From a virus: 64,000 bases of DNA. The stretch lies in IMG/VR virus record IMGVR_UViG_3300020392_000005; one strand, given 5' to 3'. Shown here one piece after another: positions 1 to 8,707 of this stretch. Both the position numbers and the translations under genes were made by a program. The notes beneath the pieces are model-generated. The model saw only the letters and a program-made list of their open reading frames with translations, did not search any database and was not told the DNA's origin. The stretch's first letter is position 1. Every line of letters begins with the position of its first letter.

Positions 1-217
1 CTTCTAATTTATTTATTCGTTTTGATAACATAGGAAACTTTTTAATTAACTTTTCCTCTTTTGTCAAAACATCTAAATCATATCTTTTCGCTGCCCAATT
101 ATAACATCTGTCAACTTTCTTATAAAACCATACGCCCATTTTAGTTTTCTTAAACCAAGCGTTAGTTGATTGACCTATAATTGCACCTGCGATTGCTTTT
201 ACTAAAAAGAAATACAT
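1..217 (-). CDS. Hypothetical protein, 3'-truncated by the window edge (MYFFLVKAIAGAIIGQSTNAWFKK...)
   Basis: Hand-translated from ATG at 217; frame stays open to position 1; abuts the stop of 219..701. Confidence 0.7.
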   Translation of the reverse strand, partial: MYFFLVKAIAGAIIGQSTNAWFKKTKMGVWFYKKVDRCYNWAAKRYDLDVLTKEEKLIKKFPMLSKRINKLE

Positions 218-218
218 A

Positions 219-701
219 TTACTTCGTAGGTTTCGCTCCTCTAGGTGCTGATGAGTTTATAGCGAAACGACCAAACAATCTTACACTATAATAAGCGGAC
301 TTAATTTTCCACTTAGGAACAGAAGGTTCAGCGTATTGCATACCTTGTAAGAATATCTTATCCGCTATACTTCTATATATCTCTCTGGCTTTTTTCGTAG
401 GTATAACACCATCTTTAAATGCACCATTTATTTTTTCGTATAATATATCGTGTACTACTGCACCTCTAGCGATATCAAACGGAGCAATAAATGCCCACGC
501 CGCTCTCGGTACACTTGCAAGGTCAGTAATGTATCCTTTAGGTACGGTTACTTCACCTGTGTCTTTTACTGAAACACCACACTCAATTAATTTTGCTTTT
601 TCGTCATCCGATAAGTCTGCTAAAAATGTTAACTTGTTGTTTAACACCCAATTCCTCGGTGGCAAGAATATAGCGTCTAGCAGTCCATTAAATCTACTCA
701 T
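219..701 (-). CDS. DUF1353-family protein
   Basis: VPKGYITDLASVPR and VVHDILY motifs typical of DUF1353. Confidence 0.75.
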   Translation of the reverse strand: MSRFNGLLDAIFLPPRNWVLNNKLTFLADLSDDEKAKLIECGVSVKDTGEVTVPKGYITDLASVPRAAWAFIAPFDIARGAVVHDILYEKINGAFKDGVIPTKKAREIYRSIADKIFLQGMQYAEPSVPKWKIKSAYYSVRLFGRFAINSSAPRGAKPTK

Positions 702-707
702 ATATTT

Positions 708-1769
708 TTATTTACCTTTTTTGTTTTTGTCAATAAAGTTCTGGTAGACTTTACTTGCTTGACCTAAATCCTTTTTCTTTTCAGGATCCTTTGCTCTTTG
801 ACTTGCTACTTTTGCTCTTTGTCCCATTGCAATTGCAGCCTGTATCTTATGAGCGTGTGTCTTGCCAGAATTTTTAATTTTGTTTACAGATTGAGTTGCT
901 TTTTGTTTATCTGTAAAACCTAAACCGTGAATTGTACCTTTAGGATTTTCATCTGTATACAAATCACTATGTTTATCTGACCCAGCTTTCTGACCTTTCT
1001 TTCTAGGTATTCTAGCGTCTGCTTCTCTCGCTACTACTTTTAGATTGTGGTCTTTCTTACTTTGGTCAATGCCGTGTCTAGCATCCTTTTGCGACATTAG
1101 TCCTACACTTCGCATAGTTCTATGTCTTCCTTTAGGTGGTGTATCTCCTAGACTGGCGATTGGGTGCATTGCACCATAACTGCCACCACCTAAACCAATA
1201 CTGCCTAATGGTCCAACACCACCAGCACCGTATTCTTTTAATTTTGCTTTTTCTAAAATCGTTTTCTTTCTAGGTTCTTCAACAAACTCAATTTCTGTTT
1301 TACCATAAGTTTTATTATCAACAATAACATCTAGTCTATCTAACTGGTCTAGTATAGACTTCATCATTGTAGAGTTTGTTTCTTTATTTTCTTTGACGGT
1401 TGTACTAAACTTTTTCATTATAAGTTGTCGTAAAGCTTTCTCAGCTTCATTTTCGTCTTTGTACTTTTTATGTGATTTAGATAATGGGTGCATTCCGTTA
1501 GGGTTCATATCTACACCGCCGTGTGCGACAGCATTTGCTGGGGCGTCTTCTTTGACTACCTTCCAACCCATTTGTAAATAAGTTCTTAATTCAGCATCCC
1601 AAACAAGTCTTTCTTTTCCGTTCTTTGAAATCTTAACTTTCTTTTCAGTTATGTTTTCTTCAGGTACGCAATTAGGCACTTGTTTATTGCCTTTCTTTTT
1701 CATACCTACTTGTTTGTAACCTGTCCAGCAGGCTTCCCATACATCTTTAAATGTTTTAATATCTCGCAT
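708..1769 (-). CDS. Modular, probable internal-head protein (CWxGY...VPNCVP module; KHSDLYTDENPKG module)
   Basis: N-terminal KTFKDVWE leader; short modules separated by x-x-E sites; modules recur in marine T4-like phages. Confidence 0.6.
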   Translation of the reverse strand: MRDIKTFKDVWEACWTGYKQVGMKKKGNKQVPNCVPEENITEKKVKISKNGKERLVWDAELRTYLQMGWKVVKEDAPANAVAHGGVDMNPNGMHPLSKSHKKYKDENEAEKALRQLIMKKFSTTVKENKETNSTMMKSILDQLDRLDVIVDNKTYGKTEIEFVEEPRKKTILEKAKLKEYGAGGVGPLGSIGLGGGSYGAMHPIASLGDTPPKGRHRTMRSVGLMSQKDARHGIDQSKKDHNLKVVAREADARIPRKKGQKAGSDKHSDLYTDENPKGTIHGLGFTDKQKATQSVNKIKNSGKTHAHKIQAAIAMGQRAKVASQRAKDPEKKKDLGQASKVYQNFIDKNKKGK

Positions 1770-2343
1770 TTAAATAATCTCCAGGTATTAATACCTCTCT
1801 ATTATCTGTCTCTAAAGTATATATGTCCATACCGAACGCTGTATTTGTTGGTTTTACTTCGTTCTCTACATCAAAAGGTGTGCCTGCAGGTAAAAACTCT
1901 TCACCATCAAATACACTTTCTTTTAATTGATACAGACCAGGTACTAAAGTTCTATTCTCAAAATACTCTTCGTTTAGTTCCTGTGTATACTTAAACTCGT
2001 CAACAGATTTTAAATACTTAACACAGGTACTCTCTAAATTGTTACCGTGTTCAGTATAGTAATCTTTATCTTCTTTTACTAATAGAGTTAAAGCAGTTGC
2101 AAAACTACCTATACGACCACCTAATCCTACTTTACTTAATATTCTTTTCAGATTGAATACAAATCTATGTAGCATTGTGTAGGCGTTCTTTTCTTTTGTA
2201 GTTTTCAAAGATAAAAATTTCTTTAATACTTTACCTTTCTCATCAATAATACCTAATTTAAAAGCAGGTTGCTTGTTAAAAGGTGTTACCAACATCTTCA
2301 CTACTCTATACGCTATCAATAAATCAATTGCTCTTGTTGCCAT
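1756..2343 (-). CDS. Conserved T4-like marine phage hypothetical protein
   Basis: YRVVKMLVTPF...AFKLGIIDEKG...FVFNLKR signature; overlaps neighbours. Confidence 0.7.
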   Translation of the reverse strand: MATRAIDLLIAYRVVKMLVTPFNKQPAFKLGIIDEKGKVLKKFLSLKTTKEKNAYTMLHRFVFNLKRILSKVGLGGRIGSFATALTLLVKEDKDYYTEHGNNLESTCVKYLKSVDEFKYTQELNEEYFENRTLVPGLYQLKESVFDGEEFLPAGTPFDVENEVKPTNTAFGMDIYTLETDNREVLIPGDYLNARY

Positions 2344-2705
2344 TATAGTTTCTCTAACTCTCTTTTTATTAACTCGTCTTCCGTTAAAGCGATTAACTCT
2401 TTCGGATACAAGTAATCCAAATATGTAAAAACAGACTTTAATATCGGCCAGTATTTTGTGTCATTTTTATATAACAACAATGTAATACAAGCGTCTATAC
2501 CAAATACATTTTGCAACACTACAATATGATTTACAACAAGTCTAATCTTTATAGAACCAGTTGTTTCATATTTTCTGAATAACCTTTTGAGATATTTAAA
2601 TCTCTTTATATCATCCCAAAATTCTTTTTCAGTTTCAAATGTCGGATTGTCGTAATGCTTTTGTGCATACAACAACCAATTATCTTTGGTTATCTGTTTG
2701 AACAT
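2343..2705 (-). CDS. Conserved T4-like hypothetical protein (NWLLYAQKHYDNP family)
   Basis: YA.KHYDNP...EF.DD.KRFKY.KRL...NH motif. Confidence 0.75.
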   Translation of the reverse strand: MFKQITKDNWLLYAQKHYDNPTFETEKEFWDDIKRFKYLKRLFRKYETTGSIKIRLVVNHIVVLQNVFGIDACITLLLYKNDTKYWPILKSVFTYLDYLYPKELIALTEDELIKRELEKL

Positions 2706-2710
2706 CTAAT

Positions 2711-3166
2711 TTACACTAATTTAGCGTAAACCTTTGATGAACCGTTAGACAATGTTTCAAACTTAACCTCTAATTTCAAGTTATCAATTCCAGGACCATT
2801 ATCTACTACCACATCTTCAGGTTTAGTTTCAGTTGTTTTACCATATGTACCACCGAATTGTTTTACTTCAGCAGTAACCGTACCAGCGTCACCTTCTAAT
2901 TTAACAGGACTAATATCTAATCCTATTCTCATTAGATTTTCTCTTAATTTGTCAACTGCGTATTGTGGTTTAATGTATTCCATATCGGCTACACTACCTA
3001 CAAAAGCATTAACTCTTTTAAGAACGCTTGGGTCTTTCAAATTTGCTGTTCCTAATGAACCATCTTCAACTGCATTACTTGTAGAAGTACCAGTTGTAGC
3101 GGCACCATATTTGATAGCATTTGATTTCACATTGCCTTCTTTTAAATGTTCTTTAAAAGTTTTCAT
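2711..3166 (-). CDS. Hypothetical protein with capsid-targeting-like leader MKTFKEHLKE
   Basis: ORF track; GGAG RBS; leader resembles T4 internal-protein CTS. Confidence 0.65.
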   Translation of the reverse strand: MKTFKEHLKEGNVKSNAIKYGAATTGTSTSNAVEDGSLGTANLKDPSVLKRVNAFVGSVADMEYIKPQYAVDKLRENLMRIGLDISPVKLEGDAGTVTAEVKQFGGTYGKTTETKPEDVVVDNGPGIDNLKLEVKFETLSNGSSKVYAKLV

Positions 3167-3175
3167 TTTTTTCTC

Positions 3176-3385
3176 CTACTTATATTTGTCCGACTTTACT
3201 TTAGAACCATCTGCTCTAGGTATCATACCTTTTGCTTTTAGATGAGCCTTATCTGTAAAGCCTGCCTTACCTGCTTTGTATCGCTTCATAGCGTCAGCAG
3301 TATTAGGCGCTTTCTCATTTACTAAATCTTCTTCAAAGTCTTTCAACTCTTCGTCTTCGTTAAACTTTGTGAACGACTTAACCAT
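3176..3385 (-). CDS. Small hypothetical protein with MVKSFTKFNE leader
   Basis: ORF track; coupled to neighbours. Confidence 0.6.
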   Translation of the reverse strand: MVKSFTKFNEDEELKDFEEDLVNEKAPNTADAMKRYKAGKAGFTDKAHLKAKGMIPRADGSKVKSDKYK

Positions 3386-3614
3386 CTTTTTTATCTTCTT
3401 TTTTAAGTTGTTGTTCAGCGCTTCTCAATGTCAAATCGCTTTCTTCTTTTCTCATCAACTTTTCAAGTATCTGTACTGCACCGTGAACGGCGTTTAAACT
3501 TGCTCTGGACTTTGCTAAGTCTTCTTCAAGTCTTTGTACGGATTCTTGTAGTTTTGTTCTTTCGCCAAGAAGTTGATTATATTCTTTCTCAACGACACCT
3601 ATACTTAAACTCAT
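3378..3614 (-). CDS. Small coiled-coil protein
   Basis: Heptad pattern; AGGAG RBS. Confidence 0.65.
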   Translation of the reverse strand: MSLSIGVVEKEYNQLLGERTKLQESVQRLEEDLAKSRASLNAVHGAVQILEKLMRKEESDLTLRSAEQQLKKEDKKDG

Positions 3615-3634
3615 TATGTTCTCCTAATTATAAA

Positions 3635-4084
3635 TTACGCAACTACAAAACCGTGTCCGCCTATTACATTCCATTTAGAATTTTTAAATAAACATACAAC
3701 GGTTTCACCTTCAGCATTAAGAGTGATAGTTGAACCACCTCTTAAATTTGTTGGTGTTATTGTTATCGCATTAGAAGCTGTTCCTGTTGCGATAATTACT
3801 TTTTGTTGTCCATCAGCACCATCTTGTAATGATAATGCAGCTACACCAGCACTTTGGTCAACTTCAGTTATTGCTGAAGATGTATCAATTGCTGTATCTG
3901 TATGTGTTAACGCTTCAGACGCTTGTTTCAAACCTACGAAAGTAGGAATGTTTTCAAAAACATCTTTTGCGGTAACTCTTTTATTGATTGGTGTATTTTG
4001 GACATCATCAACAATATGAAATAAATCTCCACTTGCTAATGATTTACCTAGGTCGTCTAGGGCTGTGATTTTTTTATCTGCCAT
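3635..4084 (-). CDS. Probable virion structural protein
   Basis: MADKKITALD start; T/A/G-rich beta character; late promoter at 4151. Confidence 0.55.
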   Translation of the reverse strand: MADKKITALDDLGKSLASGDLFHIVDDVQNTPINKRVTAKDVFENIPTFVGLKQASEALTHTDTAIDTSSAITEVDQSAGVAALSLQDGADGQQKVIIATGTASNAITITPTNLRGGSTITLNAEGETVVCLFKNSKWNVIGGHGFVVA

Positions 4085-4150
4085 TTTATTCTCCTATAAT
4101 TCCGAGTTAACGGTAAACTACTCATTGCATTATACAATGACCATATACAC

Positions 4151-4158
4151 TATTTATA
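4151..4158 (-). promoter_or_regulatory. T4-type late promoter TATAAATA
   Basis: Exact consensus, intergenic. Confidence 0.8.
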
Positions 4159-4163
4159 CAAAC

Positions 4164-4189
4164 AAAAAGGGGACCACAAAGGATCCCCT
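4164..4189 (-). terminator. Rho-independent terminator
   Basis: GGGGATC-CTTTGT-GGTCCCC-TTTTTG on the minus strand. Confidence 0.7.
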
Positions 4190-4215
4190 AATTATTATAT
4201 TTGAATTTTTACTTA

Positions 4216-4710
4216 TTAAGCGTCTGCAAATTCTGTATCGTCACCTTGGTCACCTGCGATAGATGACATAGCAACTAGTACTTCTGTCTGCACTCTTCCA
4301 CTTCTTCCACCAGAACCGGCTACTCTTCGTACCCAACCAGCGTGTGCTGTTTTTGTAGTACCAACACCTTGTTCAGTAGTGTCAACACCGAATACTTTTG
4401 TCGGGTCTCCTTGAGTACCAGATGAATTGGCACTTTCAGAAGTTGTTACCGATTTAGGTTTTTCGGATAAAGTGTATGCTGTAGCACTTCCTACTGCTGT
4501 TAATGTTGCACCAGGTACACCAGCAACAACCGTTGCTGAAGTATCACTAGCAATAGCAGTAATTAAGTAATCTTCGCTTGCAACTCTAATATAGTCTCCA
4601 ACAGCTGCTTGTGTTGTTAAAGCAGTTGAAGAACCAGTAACCGCACCAGCAGAGCTGATTGCTACCGTTCCTGAAGCTGTTTTAGAGTCCTTGTTTCCCC
4701 ACGCACTCAT
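4216..4710 (-). CDS. Probable virion structural protein (MSAWGNKD...HAGWV...EVLVAM family)
   Basis: S/T/A/G-rich; own late promoter and terminator. Confidence 0.6.
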   Translation of the reverse strand: MSAWGNKDSKTASGTVAISSAGAVTGSSTALTTQAAVGDYIRVASEDYLITAIASDTSATVVAGVPGATLTAVGSATAYTLSEKPKSVTTSESANSSGTQGDPTKVFGVDTTEQGVGTTKTAHAGWVRRVAGSGGRSGRVQTEVLVAMSSIAGDQGDDTEFADA

Positions 4711-4770
4711 AGTTGTTCTCCTATTTCTAAATTAATTTTTAAGCTTAAAGATTAATCTAATCTTCGTTAT

Positions 4771-4778
4771 TATTTATA
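4771..4778 (-). promoter_or_regulatory. T4-type late promoter TATAAATA
   Basis: Exact consensus upstream of 4216..4710. Confidence 0.8.
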
Positions 4779-4779
4779 A

Positions 4780-5364
4780 CTATTTGAAACCTAGTTTTTT
4801 GAGTTGGGATATAGTGTTGGAAGTAGAGGTGTGTAGTATTCCGATACCGCCTCTTGCTTTGAATTGTGATATGTTCTTTGAATAGTCGTCAATCAGTATA
4901 GTAGGCATACCTCCTACTTTAGCAAAGTTTTGTTTCTCTCTTCTTTTTACTAGATTAACTTTTGCACCAGACATACCTAATCTTGTTCTAGCCCATTTAC
5001 TTTTGCCAGGTATACAATTAGGGTCAGTAGTTTGTTCTACGAAAGCAGATAATATGTGTGGGTCATACTTATTAATAAATGACCATAGTCTTTGACCACC
5101 TGGATTCCAAGGTAGATTACTCCAGAAGTTAGGAGTATTCATAATTGGTTTCCACTTATCTCTTATTGTCTTAAATTTTGTTCTAGGTTCTTTTGCCCAT
5201 TGGGACATAGGCATACCAACTGCTCTTTCTGCAGCCTGTTCAAAATTACACAGGACTCCGTCCATATCACAATAAATTCTAGGTAGTTTTTTGTCAACGA
5301 GAGAATACTCGTTTAGGTTTTTTACCTGATAGATAACATCTTGTCTTAATTCTTTAAACTTCAT
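4780..5364 (-). CDS. HAD-family 5'(3')-deoxyribonucleotidase-like phosphatase
   Basis: IYCDMDGVL motif I, ILS motif II, GK, LIDD motif IV; start moved to 5364 behind AAGGAA RBS. Confidence 0.75.
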   Translation of the reverse strand: MKFKELRQDVIYQVKNLNEYSLVDKKLPRIYCDMDGVLCNFEQAAERAVGMPMSQWAKEPRTKFKTIRDKWKPIMNTPNFWSNLPWNPGGQRLWSFINKYDPHILSAFVEQTTDPNCIPGKSKWARTRLGMSGAKVNLVKRREKQNFAKVGGMPTILIDDYSKNISQFKARGGIGILHTSTSNTISQLKKLGFK

Positions 5365-5390
5365 AGTGTTTCCTTGTCTCATTATGCTTT

Positions 5391-5439
5391 ATTATTACAC
5401 ATTTTCTAGCAAAAGTCAAGCAAAAAATGAGCAATTTTT
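5391..5439 (-). promoter_or_regulatory. Sigma70-like promoter with upstream near-palindrome (copy 1)
   Basis: TTGACT-17-AATAAT; plus strand aaaaaatgagcaattttt at 5422-5439. Confidence 0.6.
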
Positions 5440-5744
5440 TACACTTGATAGTCTATTTTAGGGTTTACTTCTACCTTATCTGACTTTGTTTTGTTATCTG
5501 TTAATTTCTTTTCAGGTGCCTTTGATTTAATGTCTAAAGGGTCTTTCTCTACTGCATTTTTAGGTAGAACCGTATCACCAGAATGGTCTTCTTTCTTTGC
5601 TCTTAATTTTGCAAGGTCAGAACCATCTATTTTACCGTTCTTGTTAACATCTAATTTCTTTTGTTTAGGTGTTAACTTTTCATTTACTTTAGAGATTGCG
5701 TCTTCTAACGAACCTGGTTTAATATCTAAATATCTTTTTCCCAT
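5439..5744 (-). CDS. Small protein with EF-hand-like loop (DVNKNGKIDGSD), probable internal-head protein
   Basis: DxNxxGxIDxxD motif after a VNE site. Confidence 0.6.
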   Translation of the reverse strand: MGKRYLDIKPGSLEDAISKVNEKLTPKQKKLDVNKNGKIDGSDLAKLRAKKEDHSGDTVLPKNAVEKDPLDIKSKAPEKKLTDNKTKSDKVEVNPKIDYQV

Positions 5745-7903
5745 TATTTACTTCCTCTAACTTTCTTTGCTAAATCTTTATCTGCACCGCCCCAAGTACC
5801 ACTTGATTTGGTTACAAAAGAGTTTACTCTAGCAAGTGCCCATTGTTGTTGTGTAGCACCTGGTCTATGACCACCTTTCCACGCAGCCATTCCTCTATCA
5901 TAAACTTTCTTTAAAATAGAATACGGCATACCTGTCTTATCAGCTTTGTTTCTTACTGCTTTAATACTTTCATAAGTCATTTTAGCAGGATGATTTTTGT
6001 TTTCTACTTTCATTTTTTTCTTTACCATATTAGTTGCGGTACCGTATCTTACATCATCGCCTTTTTCTTTACCATATCTATCTCTAAATGATTTCTTTGG
6101 TAAGTCATCAGCAACTTTGTGTACCATTTTTATTTGTTTTTTAGATAGGTCAGCTTCAGTTTTAAGTGCCTTCTCTAAATCTTTTGCTTGTTTAGTATGT
6201 GCCTTAACTGCACCTTTCAATTGTTTGATAACATCTTTTACAGCAGGTTTATCTTTACTATCTAAATCTTCTTTCTTCATTTCTTTGTCTCTTAATAATT
6301 TGTTTGCGAGACCTATTGATAATGGTACCTCACCTGTATCTGGATTAGGTTCAGGTTTTACAGCTTTATTCTTTTCTATTTCTAATTTCTGTTTAAGTAA
6401 TGCGACTTGGTCTTTTAGAGCAGCGATACTCTCTTTAGATTTATCTTCTTTCTCTTTAGACTTATCTTCGTCTTTACCTTTTAACATATCTTTTAATTTC
6501 ATTTTTTCCTCTGGTTCTTGTTCTTGTTCAAACATACTACCAAATATTCTAGCGTATGGGTCTCTTGCATATAAGTGACCGCCGTGTGTATCAAATCTAG
6601 TTTTTAACTTATTCATAAAGTCTTTGTTGGTTACATTACCTCTTGCACCTTTGGCAGGAGCATTAACACCAGCAGGTTTAAATAAGTCACCTGTATTCTT
6701 ATCTATGAAAGCGTGTATACTTCTCTTCTGTCCGTTTTCTGTATCGTGTATCTTAATGTATTTAGGACCTACCGTTTTCATTAAATCTCTTTTTTGTTTT
6801 GCATAAAGACCTTTGAAACTAGGATGATTTTTAATCTTGTCTTGTCCTATCTTAATGTAATCATCAACGCCTTTCATTACGGCAGCGTTTTCTGCTACAT
6901 ATTCTTCTTTCTGCATAACTCTTACATCATCGCCAAACTTTGCGACAACTTGTTTGTGTATGTTCTCTATATCTTTTGCACTATCAACTCTTACTTCTGA
7001 ACCAGAAGCTGATAGTTCACCACCACCAATCTTACCTTTAAACATATTGGCAACTTGTTTTGCTTGTGATGAGTTCTTACACATATATTCAATGTATTCT
7101 GCATATTCTTTTAATTCGTTTTCTTCTCTAATTCTTACATAAAATCTATTGTTAAATGGTGATTGATAACCGTCTGCTTTAGCACCTTTGTTTGATTGCA
7201 TATAAGCACTAGCGGCATTTCTTGCCATTGTCATATTAGGATAAACCTTATCTAAAACTTTTGTACCATTTCTTAATTTCATAGTCTCTTCTTTAGTAGG
7301 TTTCATACCTTGTTTTTTTAATCTGTCTATGTCTGCTTCTGACGGAGCGTTCTCATTAGTTTCTGTATTATTATCTTTATAGTCGTCTGTCTTTTTCTTT
7401 TGAATACCTTTAGCGCCGTGGTCACTAGTATGTGTTTCTGTAATCTCTTCCCAAGATTTATTTTCAAAAGCAGATAACTTAACTCCTTTAGGTACTTGAA
7501 TACCTTTCTGTATCATACGACTAGCAGCCATCGCTGAAAGAAAAGGAATGTCTGCTTTGTAAAGTTTAGGTAGTTGTGAATTTGTAATTTTGTCAAAGAT
7601 GTTTCTTAATTGATTAGCTCTTGCAAGTGAAATTCTTGCACCTTTAAGTCCTGAATATTCTTTTTTAAGTTTCTGTATTTGTGCGTCTGTAAACTCCCAC
7701 AACATACTTTCAGGTAAGTCTTCCTCACCTAGTATTGACTTAACCGTAGACAACGGAAGTTTCATCTTCTTTGCTATCTCTTCAGGTGATGAACCACCTG
7801 CGAACATAGTGGCAATTGTTTTCATCTTACCTTCGTCTAGCTGTATATCGTTTGCCCAGACTTCAGCGATTGCTTCTGCCATTGTCTTTTTGTATCTTGT
7901 CAT
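5744..7903 (-). CDS. Large modular protein, C-terminal DUF5824-like domain; probable gp21-processed internal-head polyprotein
   Basis: C-terminal KVYDRGMAAWKGGHRPGATQQQWALARVNSF; many x-x-E boundaries. Confidence 0.6.
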   Translation of the reverse strand: MTRYKKTMAEAIAEVWANDIQLDEGKMKTIATMFAGGSSPEEIAKKMKLPLSTVKSILGEEDLPESMLWEFTDAQIQKLKKEYSGLKGARISLARANQLRNIFDKITNSQLPKLYKADIPFLSAMAASRMIQKGIQVPKGVKLSAFENKSWEEITETHTSDHGAKGIQKKKTDDYKDNNTETNENAPSEADIDRLKKQGMKPTKEETMKLRNGTKVLDKVYPNMTMARNAASAYMQSNKGAKADGYQSPFNNRFYVRIREENELKEYAEYIEYMCKNSSQAKQVANMFKGKIGGGELSASGSEVRVDSAKDIENIHKQVVAKFGDDVRVMQKEEYVAENAAVMKGVDDYIKIGQDKIKNHPSFKGLYAKQKRDLMKTVGPKYIKIHDTENGQKRSIHAFIDKNTGDLFKPAGVNAPAKGARGNVTNKDFMNKLKTRFDTHGGHLYARDPYARIFGSMFEQEQEPEEKMKLKDMLKGKDEDKSKEKEDKSKESIAALKDQVALLKQKLEIEKNKAVKPEPNPDTGEVPLSIGLANKLLRDKEMKKEDLDSKDKPAVKDVIKQLKGAVKAHTKQAKDLEKALKTEADLSKKQIKMVHKVADDLPKKSFRDRYGKEKGDDVRYGTATNMVKKKMKVENKNHPAKMTYESIKAVRNKADKTGMPYSILKKVYDRGMAAWKGGHRPGATQQQWALARVNSFVTKSSGTWGGADKDLAKKVRGSK

Positions 7904-8199
7904 TTTTTTTCCTCGTATTCTTTAATGTCTATTATTAATCTACCTTCACCTTTGTGTAATCTATGATACACCATTTTAGGTATATAATACTCACTACCTA
8001 CTTTTAACTCTTCAGGCAACTGATTATCCATTTGAAGTTTCCAATTAACACCAGAGACAATCTTAATCTTTCTATCTAACTTGTCTCTATGCCAAATTAG
8101 TTCTTTGTCTTCAATGTCATTATTGAAAACTCTCTGGTGTATACCATTTGTTTTAAAATCAGTATACGGTTTACCAAAAGAAGTTTCCACCATTGCCAA
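7900..8199 (-). CDS. Small cupin-like conserved phage protein
   Basis: ELIWHRD...WKLQMDN..P...IPK..YHR..KG pattern; start uncertain. Confidence 0.6.
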   Translation of the reverse strand: MAMVETSFGKPYTDFKTNGIHQRVFNNDIEDKELIWHRDKLDRKIKIVSGVNWKLQMDNQLPEELKVGSEYYIPKMVYHRLHKGEGRLIIDIKEYEEKK

Positions 8200-8707
8200 G
8201 TCCTAAACTCTTTGCATATCTAGGCAAATTACAAGCCCAATATGACGCCTTTGTTTTATCCTTTTGACTAGCACATCTATGTCTAGCTGCAAAGGACTTT
8301 CTAGCTTTGGGGTCGTTTAGTTTCACTTTCAATCCTGTTGTATCTCCCCAAGTCACCTTCTTAATCTTATCGCCGTCTTTGACGAATACATAAAACTTTT
8401 TAGGTCCACCTCTTTTAGGTTTGTTCAAAGGAGGATTCTTTTCCTCTTCTGCAATCGGTATATCTAAAGGCACATTTTGCTCTTCGTATATACCAAACTC
8501 ACCTATATCAGTTGATAGTAATTCTCTATCCCAAGCACTATCTACTTCTAATAGACCTTCATTATACATATCTCTTGCCTCTCTAAACAAGGCATAAAAT
8601 TCTTCACTATGAATACGATAGATGTTATTCGCTAGAGGTATGTTATTCTCTATGTGATAATGCAACGACTTCGTTATCTTTTCTGCGTAATCACTAAATC
8701 TTAACAT
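8171..8707 (-). CDS. DUF6321-like protein
   Basis: LNKPKRGG.KKFYVFV...ARKSFAARHRC...YWAC; MLRFSDYAE leader. Confidence 0.65.
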   Translation of the reverse strand: MLRFSDYAEKITKSLHYHIENNIPLANNIYRIHSEEFYALFREARDMYNEGLLEVDSAWDRELLSTDIGEFGIYEEQNVPLDIPIAEEEKNPPLNKPKRGGPKKFYVFVKDGDKIKKVTWGDTTGLKVKLNDPKARKSFAARHRCASQKDKTKASYWACNLPRYAKSLGLGNGGNFFW

